Source: Trichinella spiralis (taxonomy: Eukaryota). Taken from it: a DNA stretch of 64,000 nt. The stretch covers positions 1,731,647-1,795,646 of the forward strand of contig NW_003526943.1 in NCBI RefSeq assembly GCF_000181795.1, given 5' to 3'. Below the pieces are notes generated by a model. The model was not told the DNA's origin and ran no database searches. It saw nothing but the letters and a program-made list of their open reading frames with translations. Position numbers and translations under genes: made by a program. Of the stretch, positions 38,774 to 49,146 are shown in pieces. How positions within the stretch are numbered: the stretch's first letter is position 1; each line of letters opens with the position of its first letter.

Positions 38774-40017
38774 CAGTGAAACCTGCATAAGTTGAAACCT
38801 GTGTAAGTCATAAACCTGTCTAAGTTGAACAATTCTTCAATGTCACTTGCCACAGTATATCTCTTATCACTTGCGTAATGCTGTGTAAGTAAAATCTGCG
38901 TAACTTAGAAGTCGAACGGATGCGTCATGCTGATACATTAAATTTAAACCTGTGTATTTTGAACACATTTTATCCAGGTGAACCAGATGGTATTTGTGAT
39001 GTTATTGTGCGTCTATTATTTATGTGCTGTATTCTGCGTACCTGCGTTTAGGATACGGTAGTTTTGATACTATTTTTGCCTTAATCTTTTTTACTGCTTA
39101 TTTCTGCTACCCCTGTTATTCGACGTAAACGTTTATTGATGAATCGTTCAAAAAAACCTCGAGTTCTTAATGAACTAACCCTACTGCAGAAAAGGGACGT
39201 TTTGGAGAAATTGCGCACAGGGAAAATGTCTATGCGAGAAGTTGCGTCTGAATATGGAATTGCTTTATCAACTGTGAGCAACATAAGGAAAAATGAAGCT
39301 CAAATTCTATCTCAGTTCGATGGCAGTTCATCGAAGTCAAGACGTCGGAGAATGCGCAAAACCGTCAATGCAGAAGTAAACGAGCTCATGTTTCAGTTCT
39401 TCGTTCGCTGTCGAGCCAAACTGATACCAATAACTGGACAATTGCTTCAAACGAAGGCAATCGATATTGCTAGAAGGATGGGCATAAATGATTTCCATGC
39501 CAGCAATGGTTGGCTGGAATCATTTACGCGTCGCCATAATGTAAAATTTCGCACGATTTCGGGTGAAGCAGCTGCGGTTGAACCGAGTGTAATTGATGAA
39601 CCGAGTGCTAATGTACATGAATGCACAGAAGGAATCGCTGATGAAATCGTCGAGGAGTTGTTGTCAAAGTCGACTGCCAAAGAGGTGTTATCAGAAGAAG
39701 TTGATGAGAAACTGACATATTCAGAAGCAATAACAATGATACGAAAATTACAAAGATATTCGTTTCAAGAACACCCTGATATAGCACCAACACTTTTACA
39801 AATAGAATCTAAGTTAGAAGTAATGGAAGCAGAAAAGCGCATCCGACGCAGCTGTCAAAATAGTATTTTTTATTACTTAACAGTTGATGACAAATAAAAG
39901 AGTTGCCTATTTGTTGATTTTTGATGAACTGCCTTTTTTTCGACTAAACCCTTTAAAACCTTTCTAAGTTGAAAATTTCTCTGCACGGAGGGTGTTCAAC
40001 TTACACAGGTTTCACTG
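38774..40017 (+). mobile_element. Tigger/pogo (Tc1-mariner superfamily) DNA transposon, internally deleted, 1244 bp
   Basis: TIRs CAGTGAAACCTGCATAAGTTGAA and TTCAACTTACACAGGTTTCACTG (21/23 match), TA duplications at 38772-38773 and 40018-40019, and subterminal AAACCTG..TAAGT repeats. Confidence 0.93.
39139..39897 (+). CDS. Truncated Tigger/CENP-B-type transposase with HTH_psq and HTH_Tnp_Tc5 DNA-binding domains and no DDE domain
   Basis: LTLLQKRDVL..REVASEYGIALSTVSNIRKN and IPITGQLLQTKA..FHASNGWLESFTRRH..SGEAAAV, followed directly by the acidic helical C-terminus. Confidence 0.88.
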   Translation: MNRSKKPRVLNELTLLQKRDVLEKLRTGKMSMREVASEYGIALSTVSNIRKNEAQILSQFDGSSSKSRRRRMRKTVNAEVNELMFQFFVRCRAKLIPITGQLLQTKAIDIARRMGINDFHASNGWLESFTRRHNVKFRTISGEAAAVEPSVIDEPSANVHECTEGIADEIVEELLSKSTAKEVLSEEVDEKLTYSEAITMIRKLQRYSFQEHPDIAPTLLQIESKLEVMEAEKRIRRSCQNSIFYYLTVDDK

Positions 40018-41876
40018 TATTTCTCTCAGCAGAAGAAACTGAGATGCACCATAGATTCGTTTGGGCAATTTTATTTTGTAACTTTCAATCACCCTTATTA
40101 AATTATTAAAAGAGTGCATTATTTGAAAACGAGTAAATAGTGCAATATTTTTTGAGCAGTTTTTTGTAATTATAATTTATATCGATTGTTTAACAAAACT
40201 TCGAAGGTTTCCATGACAACTCATCGTTAGTAGTTAAAATTTTTTAAATAAAACTTTTTAAAATTTAAACATTAAAGTTTGCATTTTCTAGTTTGTATAT
40301 TATGTTATCTGCAAAATAAATGAGAATTCAGTGACATTTCAGATTCGTCCTGACTGGCAAAACCACATGGTGAACAACTTACTAGTGCCACATGGTGTGC
40401 AAATTCAAAATTCGGTAAAATTTAATTGTTTTATTTTGTTTACTGAAGTAAATTTCAATAGTCAGTGTTTCAATACAAAATACAAAAATGAATAAGCAAA
40501 ATTTAATCTTTCCTAGTATGTATAGTATCATTTAATGAAATTCATTTTCATTAACAATATTTATTAATGCTACTTGTTCAAAAAACAAAAATAAAAAGAA
40601 TTTTCCTTTTTATTTATAGCTGTAGTTAAAGCGGAAATTTTTTTCTCTCATGTGCTCTGAAGAACAGCTTTTTTAATAAGCTTTGTGAAAGCTAGAAATG
40701 AAATTTCCAGCAGACATGCACACATAATGCTTTGATTAAATTAAATTAAATTAATTTATATTGATTATCTCATCAGAAATATTTACTGATTTTATCATTA
40801 CTTATTAGAAATATTTACTACTGTTATAATTTTAAGAATTGGAAAAGGAACTGTTGTTTATTGAAAAATTTCAGCAAGCATTTTAACTCTCTATCAAATT
40901 ATTCTAGCTGCATTTTCTTCATTTCTTGTCAGTGGGTTTTTATTAATGATTGGAAATTATTTTAAAATATGATGATTCAGTTGCATTGCCAAATTTTCAT
41001 TTTAATTGAAAAAACATATTGCAAATGCCTAATACTGCTCATTAATTTTATAATTTTTTAAACACAGAACAAAAGTAAATAAGAAACACCAAAATGCTTA
41101 ACAATTTTTGAAATTAATTATATGCTAAAAAGAAAAGGCCTAACTTTTATGCTAAAAATACATACAATTTCAATAAAATAACTTTGTGTATATAAATAAA
41201 TATATAAATAAAAGTAAATAAATAAATAATATTATTTATATTTTGATTTTATCAGTATGCATTACTAAATGGTAAAATCATTGAAATTACTTAATAAGTT
41301 TCTAAAATTGAAATTCTATGAAGCATAATCAAATTTGTTTTTATTTATTTAAATTTATTTCAAGTATTAAATGCGATATGAAATTTACTTTTTATTTTAG
41401 AATGCTTGATAACACTGATTGATGATGTTTTCTGAGAAAGGGCATTTCTGACTAGAGCAATGAGAAAAGAAAGACAAGCTAAAACTTAAACGTCAAATAA
41501 ATATTTAGACGAATTAATTTCGACCGCTTGTTTTGACAACTTTTTTTAGGCTAAAATATTTTGATATGAATGGGTTGACGGTGCAAAAGATGCTTTAAAA
41601 GAATCATGCGAAGCAGGATGTGTGCGTGAAGCAAAAAATTGCATTCATTGCAAAACTCAAGAGGTGCGTTAGTTAAACTAGGTGAACAAAACAAAGGTGA
41701 AATATTAAAAAACTACTTACAGTATAATGATTGGTTTAATGTCAGCACTTGGCATGTCTCAATTTTGTAGACATCAAAATTTCTGCAGTATTGTCTTTTG
41801 CAGTACGCTTTAAATACTTTATTTATTGAAAGTTGACTTTATTTAATTAACAGTCTGTTTGCAGTGGAAAGGAGCT

Positions 41877-44120
41877 ATGTTTATTTTTATTGCAATTAAT
41901 ATTGCTGTTCTTTCAGCACAATTTTTTGAAAATGGACATAAAAAGTTTGCAAAGAGTGTTTTGTTAAAATTAGCTAAAATAAAAGAAGAAAATGAGCATC
42001 ATCGTTCAAGTAAGTTAAATTTTTGGCTCTTTATTGAAGTTAATTTATTGAATTTTTTAAATGATGGTTTTTTATTCAATGTTTCATTTATTTTATACGT
42101 ACTGTTCAGAACATTAAAAAACTGTATAAAACTTTCAGTGACAAAATATATGAAAACTTATTTATATAACTCTTACTTTTCCACGTTTTTTTATGCTTAT
42201 TGTTTGTTTGTTGTATTGTGCTATTGATGAAATACAATTGGATAACTGCATATAATTTTATCAGAAATGTGTTTCAGTTCATTGAATTTCATTTTCATAA
42301 AACTGAAAACTGCCTAATTATATAAAACCGTATTTTTTATTATAATTAATTAATATTTGTTATTTACATTATATAATTTTTTATTTATACAAATACAAAA
42401 TAATGGATTTGTATTGATTGTTCACGTGCAAACTCAATTCAAGGAACAATGACTCATTGTCCAATAAAGGGAATCTAATGATCACCAATAAGCAATGCAT
42501 TAAATAATTTGACCAATCAAAAATAGAAAATTGAGATAAAATAGGGTGGAAGAGTGATGACCGTAAAGCAGCGTTTCTCAAATGGGATTTCGCGAAATAC
42601 TGTCACAAGTGCAAATTGTCTGAAAAAGTGTTGAAAAAGAAAAAAAGCATTTGAAAAATTATGCAGGGGTTCCGCGAGACAAAAAATTACATTTAGGGTT
42701 CCGCGATGATAAAACTGTTGAGAAACGCTGCCGTAAAAAACGGATTTTGTAACATATGCATTTGCTACTGCTTACTTGAAAACAAAAACATATTATAAAT
42801 TTTAGAATTTGATGTATAATAATACATGCAATGCAAAATTACTTCACTTCCCTTCATTTTCACTGAATGAAAGTTGATTATTTGTTAATTTTAAAAAATA
42901 ATTTTCTGATCATGCAACATCAGTTTTATATTCATGAAATGTTTCAGCCTGTGAAATACTTAATCATTATAATACTTCCAAAACTTCTGATTTAAACATA
43001 TGATTCATTTCATTTTTATTTTAAACAATTAAAGTTTTCAGTTTCAAACTTCTTTGCAAAATTAAACATATGAAATGCGTTGCGTAACGCAACATATCCG
43101 CATATTTGTAGTTACTTTTTTCTGCACAAATGAATTACTGGTCATATCAAAGGTAATTAGAAACTGTTTGATTGATAATATATTAATTTATTTTATTTTA
43201 GTATCACAATTTTATTGTTTATCATAACTTGAAACTATATAAATAATTAAATATCGCATTTAAAGTGCAATACAAGACCAATTTATTTTCGTGTTTATCA
43301 TTTTTACCCAATATTTCATTGGTATTTATAATAAAATCTCAGTTACTAATTTTTAACAGTTTTTTCTTAATCAGATTTTCCAGTTAATTTCAGTTTTTTC
43401 TTAGATTTTAACGGTTTCACTTTATATGAAGGTTATCGTTTGAGTGGATGCAAACAACTTCCACAGTTTGACCCTTTCATAACAGATGAAAGTTGTTCAG
43501 AGCAGTGCAGTGCAGATGATCATTGCTCTGCATTTGTTTTCAATCATAAAGAAGAAAACTGCCAGCTGTTTAATTTAGAAAGAAGAAGTACAAGTTTATG
43601 CAAGCGAGTTGCAAATCAATCTTGGTCACTTTATGAAAAGCAAAGAAATAATAATGGTAAGATCTTTTTCTAGTTATTGCAATTTTCTCATTTTTGACAG
43701 AATACTACATTTGACATATTCCAACAATAAGCATTAAATAATGCAAGGTAGAATTAAAAAATTGATAAACTAATTATAAATACCATTTTCTCAAAAGGTA
43801 ATGGCATTTTTCAATTTATGAAGCCATTAGAGAGCATTTTAAATATTTTAATTTTTTCAGGACGGTGCATGCAGTTTACAGTTACACGCCAATCAGCTTT
43901 AGAAAACTGTGGATTAGGATTAGCTCTTGGAGATGAAATTAAACTGGCTTTTCATGACTGCAAAAATTACTGCATCGGTGCAAACTGGTGTCAAGCATTT
44001 GAATACAGCAACGATTCTCATTGTGTTGGCTACCAGCAAAAGGCAGAGAAAATGAAAAATGATGCGTGCGTTCGCATACATAATCCATCAACGGATTTAT
44101 ATGAAAAAATCTGTGAATAA
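41877..44120 (+). CDS. Small secreted protein with two PAN/apple-like domains (3 exons)
   Basis: Exons 41877-42009, 43405-43656 and 43861-44120 join in phase 1. Signal peptide; CSEQCSADDHCSAFVF....CQLF and CKNYCIGANWCQAFEY....CVGY, each followed by LYEK. Confidence 0.8.
42569..42730. mobile_element. hAT (Buster/Charlie-type) MITE, copy 1, intronic
   Basis: TIR CAGCGTTTCTCAA...TTGAGAAACGCTG with 8-bp TSD ccgtaaag/ccgtaaaa. Confidence 0.88.
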
Positions 44121-44499
44121 AATACTATTAAAAGCATCTTTCACGCGTTAAAAGACTTAATTGCTCTATTTAGAAATTTTGCTAAATATATTATATGCAC
44201 ATTATATATGCAAATTAATATTATACATACAAATATGTATATGCACAATAATATATTAAACTGTATTACTATGATATCTTTATGATCGTGTATCTTTATT
44301 ATGCCTTTATTTGAATTTAGTAATTACAAAGTATTTAAACTCGATGATAATATCATATTCTTAATAAAATTGTAGATTGTAGATGTAGATCAAAAAACTT
44401 TCTGAATCTGAATAACTTCTGAAAACAAAACAATACAAAACTAATAAAAACGGTACAAGAGTGAATAAAAGTAAATAATGCAGTTTTGCAGAAAAGGCT

Positions 44500-45832
44500 G
44501 GCACTCAATAATTCTCCCCCTCAGGTAATAGGTCAGATGCACAGCTCTTAAGAACTGTTCCACTGTACGCGTACCGCCATCGTATTCTGCAGTCAATGCT
44601 GTTATGCGTTGCTGCAGTTCTTCATACTTTTTATTTTTTATCTGTAAATCATTGGCGGTGACGCGTTCTCATGTCATTTGTTGAATCAACGTTTCCGTTG
44701 AACCCTGCTCATCGATCAGCAACTGGAGCAGTTCATAAAAGCTGAGGTGTCGCTTCCCTGCAAGTCGGTTCATTTTGAAGTGCTAGCCTTCCAAATCATT
44801 GTTTGTGCCAATATTTACATTATATACATTCCACAGAGGCAGTCTGTCATAAGGCATCCATTCCACTCGAAAATAATTGAACAAGGCTGCTACTGAACCC
44901 GTAGCACCTCTGCCAAGCAGTTCCACGGCAGCAGGTACATCACGAAGCGGCAAAGAAGCCATTACCAGCAACATTTTGACTATTTTTTTGGTTGCTGCTT
45001 CATGGATGTAACTGGTACGCATCCCGAGATCCGTCACCTTCCGCAGAACTGGCAGGAGTGGAAGGAACAACCTTGTATGTGGACCCCTGGAAATGCCCCT
45101 ACAGTGCAGGGATCAGGGCGGTCTCAAAATCGCAAATAGTTGTTTGCGGCTGAAAGGCAATCTATAACGCTACCGCCTTTAAAATTAAATTATGAACATA
45201 CATGGTACGTGGTAAGATCTTTTCAGACAGTTAAACAATAAACAAGTGGCACTAATTTACCCCCGCAATAAAAACATGGATGGTGAACATCTATCTGCTG
45301 GTACCATTCTGGAACTATTTTGAAAGTTCCATCCATGGACCAGACAGAATGATCAAATAAAATGGATAAATTTTCTTCTGTACATAATATTAAAATATAA
45401 TTATGTGCATTATTATACAATAAAAAGTGGCAATCAGACTTCGTCATTCGCCAGTGGCTCCAGCTGCTGACGAGTTGATGGAAGTCTTGGAAATTTTTGT
45501 GCCCGTTTTCTGTACATCGCCGTTTTAGCACTTTTATACGCTGGAAACTGACCAGCAGATGCACTGCTGGCTTCTTCATGGTAAATTTGCGGGACGGTCT
45601 TCATTTCCTCCGCCAAGTTCGTGTAGATCGAACCCCGTCATCCTTTTTTAACCTACATGATAAACTTGAATTGAATGAACGGATATGAGATATTAGATAA
45701 AATATTATTTACCCGACGACAAACCCACTGCTTATCTTCCATGTTCGTACGTTTCAAATGGTAAACTCTTCCTTCATGTACTAAATTGTAATTACCTCTT
45801 TCATTTAAAACCAAATGCAAATTGTCAGCCAT
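44500..45832 (-). pseudogene. Decayed FLYWCH-MULE (Mutator-like) transposase
   Basis: MADNLHLVLNERGNYNLVHEGRVY..WVCRR, WSMDGTFKIVPEWYQQ, TTICDFETALIPAL, LFNYFRVEW..WNVY...TNNDLEG* are spread over several frames with stops and frameshifts. Confidence 0.88.
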
Positions 45833-46174
45833 CAGATAAGACAAATCAGAGCAAAGTCAAGCACAGAGAAGAGATAAATGGTAAGATGGTGAAAATAATG
45901 TTCATTTCTGATTACATATATAAAAATCTGCTCCCACTGTTTGTAAATAAATTTGTTTCCTGTTGAAATTTATCTAGATTTGATGTAAACTTCCGGGTGT
46001 AATGTCACAATACTGAATAATCTGTTTGAAAAATCTGGAATGTTGTAGCAACACTTCCAATTTCCGGGTTACAAATGACACTACTGCTAACGTTACGTTT
46101 TAGCTCGCAATTTCACTTAATTTTACGCATGATATGATGATATTTTATATGATACGCATGATATTTTACGCATA

Positions 46175-47125
46175 TGCCTTTGTCAAACATTGTTCGCGTT
46201 TCACATAAGTTGGTAAAGGCGATTTTAATACAAAGGGAAAATGCACAATTGACAAATTGTTCACAGTTGCAGCTTTCAAGCTTACCCAAGAAGTGACAAC
46301 TACTAAATTGTTAGCATCTGATTAATTTCTTGATTTTACTGGGAGTGTTCTTTCTTGTTTGCAATCCAAGAATTTTACTTTGATATTTGTAAAGTTTCTT
46401 TCATTACAAAACAAACATCCATATATGTATTTATATACATGTCGATGAGGTTTGCTGTTTGTATGAAAAAATTTGTTTGACGTACATGCATTTCATATAA
46501 AATGCAGTCTAACTTCATTAAGTGCATAAGATTTTGACCAAAAAATTCCCTGTAGTTAATTAAACGGTAAAATAATGGATAAGTGCATGGAAATTCTTGC
46601 CAAATTCCATGCTCACTTAACCAAGTTCAAATGTAATTTGAAATGCAACATCAAACGGATCAGCTACATTACAGGCGCTGCTTTTGATGCGAAATATTTA
46701 AATATTTCGTTATCATTGAAATACACATTGAAAGGTTGCAAATGCAAATGGTATGTTGAATTGAATGGTTGCTTTGAAAGATGTTGAAATAGAAAGTTTA
46801 CAATTTACACCAAATGTATAAATAAATTTTTCTTTATTTGTAAATAATATTGCAGATTTTTTTATTTAAATAAAAAATAGGAAGAAAAACAATAACACAG
46901 GTAAAAGGGAGCAAAACTTTGTGAAGTTGAAAGTAAAATTCTTTGATTGCTAACAAGAAAGATTATCAGAGAACAGTCAGGCTAAAATTAGAAACGTATT
47001 CCGATGCTAACATTCGGCAATCACTACTCTTAGTTTTAGCTGAATGGCTACGATCACTTGTTAATTTTTCCATTTTATTACAGTCGCCTTTAGCTACTCA
47101 TCAGAACAATTTCTGACAAACATAC
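46175..47125. repeat. Long degenerate inverted repeat (arms ~46175-46397 and ~46915-47125)
   Basis: Collinear reverse-complement blocks tttgtca.a.attgttc, taaaggcga.t.taata, tgttagcatc and tctttcttgtt.gcaatc.aagaattttacttt. Confidence 0.7.
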
Positions 47126-47585
47126 ACGTCTATATGAACAGCACTCTCTTTTTTATATCAATCAAAAAATTCAGTTTTTTCTGTAAAAATTAAATTTATG
47201 ATATCATAAAGTTAAGAAAAATTATCAGTTATGGTGCCATGAATACATAAATTGAAAACAGTGAAACCTTGAATTAGAAAACTTGCCATTGACAGATAGA
47301 AAACGAATATTTAACAAATGGAACTTCTTAGAGTGACAACCATTCATTTAAATGTGAAAAAGCAGGCGAAGTTCCCTTTGGGAAATTCAGTTCTACTCAT
47401 TATTAAATTATAAGAAAAACTTTGAATTTATGCTTTAAACATTGTTTACTTAGTTTCTTTATAGTTTCTGTTACTTCCTGTAATTACAGTATAAACTTAA
47501 CGTACAAAAATTCAGTAAGATAAAGGTTAATGCGATCATTCAAGTGATGAGTTATATTATATTTGTACTGCATTGCATTGTGTCT

Positions 47586-47612
47586 GTATTGTATTGTATT
47601 GTATTGTATTGT
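47586..47612. repeat. (GTATT)n microsatellite
   Basis: Five tandem gtatt units. Confidence 0.85.
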
Positions 47613-47876
47613 TTTTATTTTTTCATCGTAATTTCAATCTCTCGTTTATCTCAGTATGAGAAGAACAGAATTATTATAAAAAATAATTATTATCAAAAGA
47701 TTAGAAATAAAATTTAACAAATAGAATGGAACAATATTTGACAAATAAAATGCAGAAGAGTGACAACAAATGAAATTTAGAAGCGCGCGTCAGAGCAGCA
47801 ACCAATGAAATTTTACTGCGAAAAAGTAGGCGGAGTCAGCGGGGAAATCGGTTCTAACCCCCAGTATTCTCCAAGT

Positions 47877-48032
47877 CAGTGTTTCTCAAAATTTTTATCC
47901 TCGCGGACCCCCCTGCATAATTTTTCAAATGCTTTTTTCTTTTTAACACATTTTTTCGGACAATTTTCACTTGTAACAATATTTCTCAGAACCTCTCGAC
48001 ACCGCTCGCAGAACCCCATTTGAGAAATGCTG
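47877..48032. mobile_element. hAT MITE, copy 2 (inverted relative to copy 1)
   Basis: TIR CAGTGTTTCTCAA...TTGAGAAATGCTG with TSD ctccaagt/ctctaagt. The internal cccctgcataatttttcaaatgctttttt is the reverse complement of the copy 1 interior. Confidence 0.88.
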
Positions 48033-49074
48033 CTCTAAGTTGTACAATACATAAAAGTGGGCCGTATTAACAAAAGGCAGTCAGCCGAATTTTGTGAAAA
48101 ACAGAAAATGAACTGAGCTTTTATTTTTGATTCATTTCACAATGTGTATAAAAAGCTCATGAGGATAGAAGAACATAGCTAAGCAATTATACAGAGAAAG
48201 CATAAAAACTTTAGTAAACGACACTACAGTATGATGTAATACAGTAGGAATGTGAACGGTAATTTGCAATCCGCGCAATTAAATATCAGTAAAATATTTT
48301 CAAATTCATGAAAGTTTTGTTTATATTTACTAATCAATATATTATTCACAACTAAAAACAACTTATTTAAATAAAAACATGCTTATTATTTTTTATCGCA
48401 CACTGCTGTGCATTTGTAAAAACCCGCGCAGCGACATCTGGCATTTTTAGAAGTTTGACTTTGACCCAAATTCTTGCTTAGAAAAGGCCGTTGTTAAATC
48501 GAGAGAGTGGGTGTGTTATTGCTGTATTCGAGAAAGAGTGTTAGCAGCGGATTCGTATAGTAGCAGAGAAAAACATTGTAATAGTTCGCTCATATTTACC
48601 TATGGTTTTTTTTGTGTATATTCAAATAAATTGTATATATATGTTGTCGATTATTATTGAAACGTGAGATTTGTTATGTTCAAATGTGATGCGAAGAAAG
48701 GCAGTTAGGGAATAAGATTGTCAACTATCAAGTGTAGTTAGATTCCCGTGCGAGCCTTTACAAGTATTTTCAGTTACTTGACAAATAAAAATACTGATAA
48801 TTTTTTTGAAAAAATATCTCCCATAAAGTAAATTATAATCGTATAGTATATAATCGTAAAAATATCTCGTTTTCTTAAACGCTGTTTACATATCAGCGCT
48901 GAATTGCTTAGCATTGCTACTATGTTGTTATATATGTATATACATATTGTTGTGTATAAGGTATTTTGTTAGTTGTTCACCAAAACACTTATATTTGTGT
49001 AGGATTGGTTTAATTTATTAATAATTTAAATGTAAAATGCATTTTGATTTTTGAGAAAAGAGAATAAAAGGCAT

Positions 49075-49146
49075 TGACCCGTGAGTGATTTGAACACCCA
49101 ACCTTCTGATCTGGAGTCAGACGCGCTACCATTGCGCCAACGGGCC
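49075..49146 (-). tRNA. tRNA-Trp(CCA)
   Basis: GGCCCGTTGGCGCAATGGTAGCGCGTCTGACT-CCA-GATCAGAAGGTTGGGTGTTCAAATCACTCACGGGTCA; all stems pair. Confidence 0.96.

Noticed and set aside
48426..48445. CTCF-like motif (reverse complement GCCAGATGTCGCTG)
   Set aside because: A single imperfect match that cannot be told from chance without a PWM scan.
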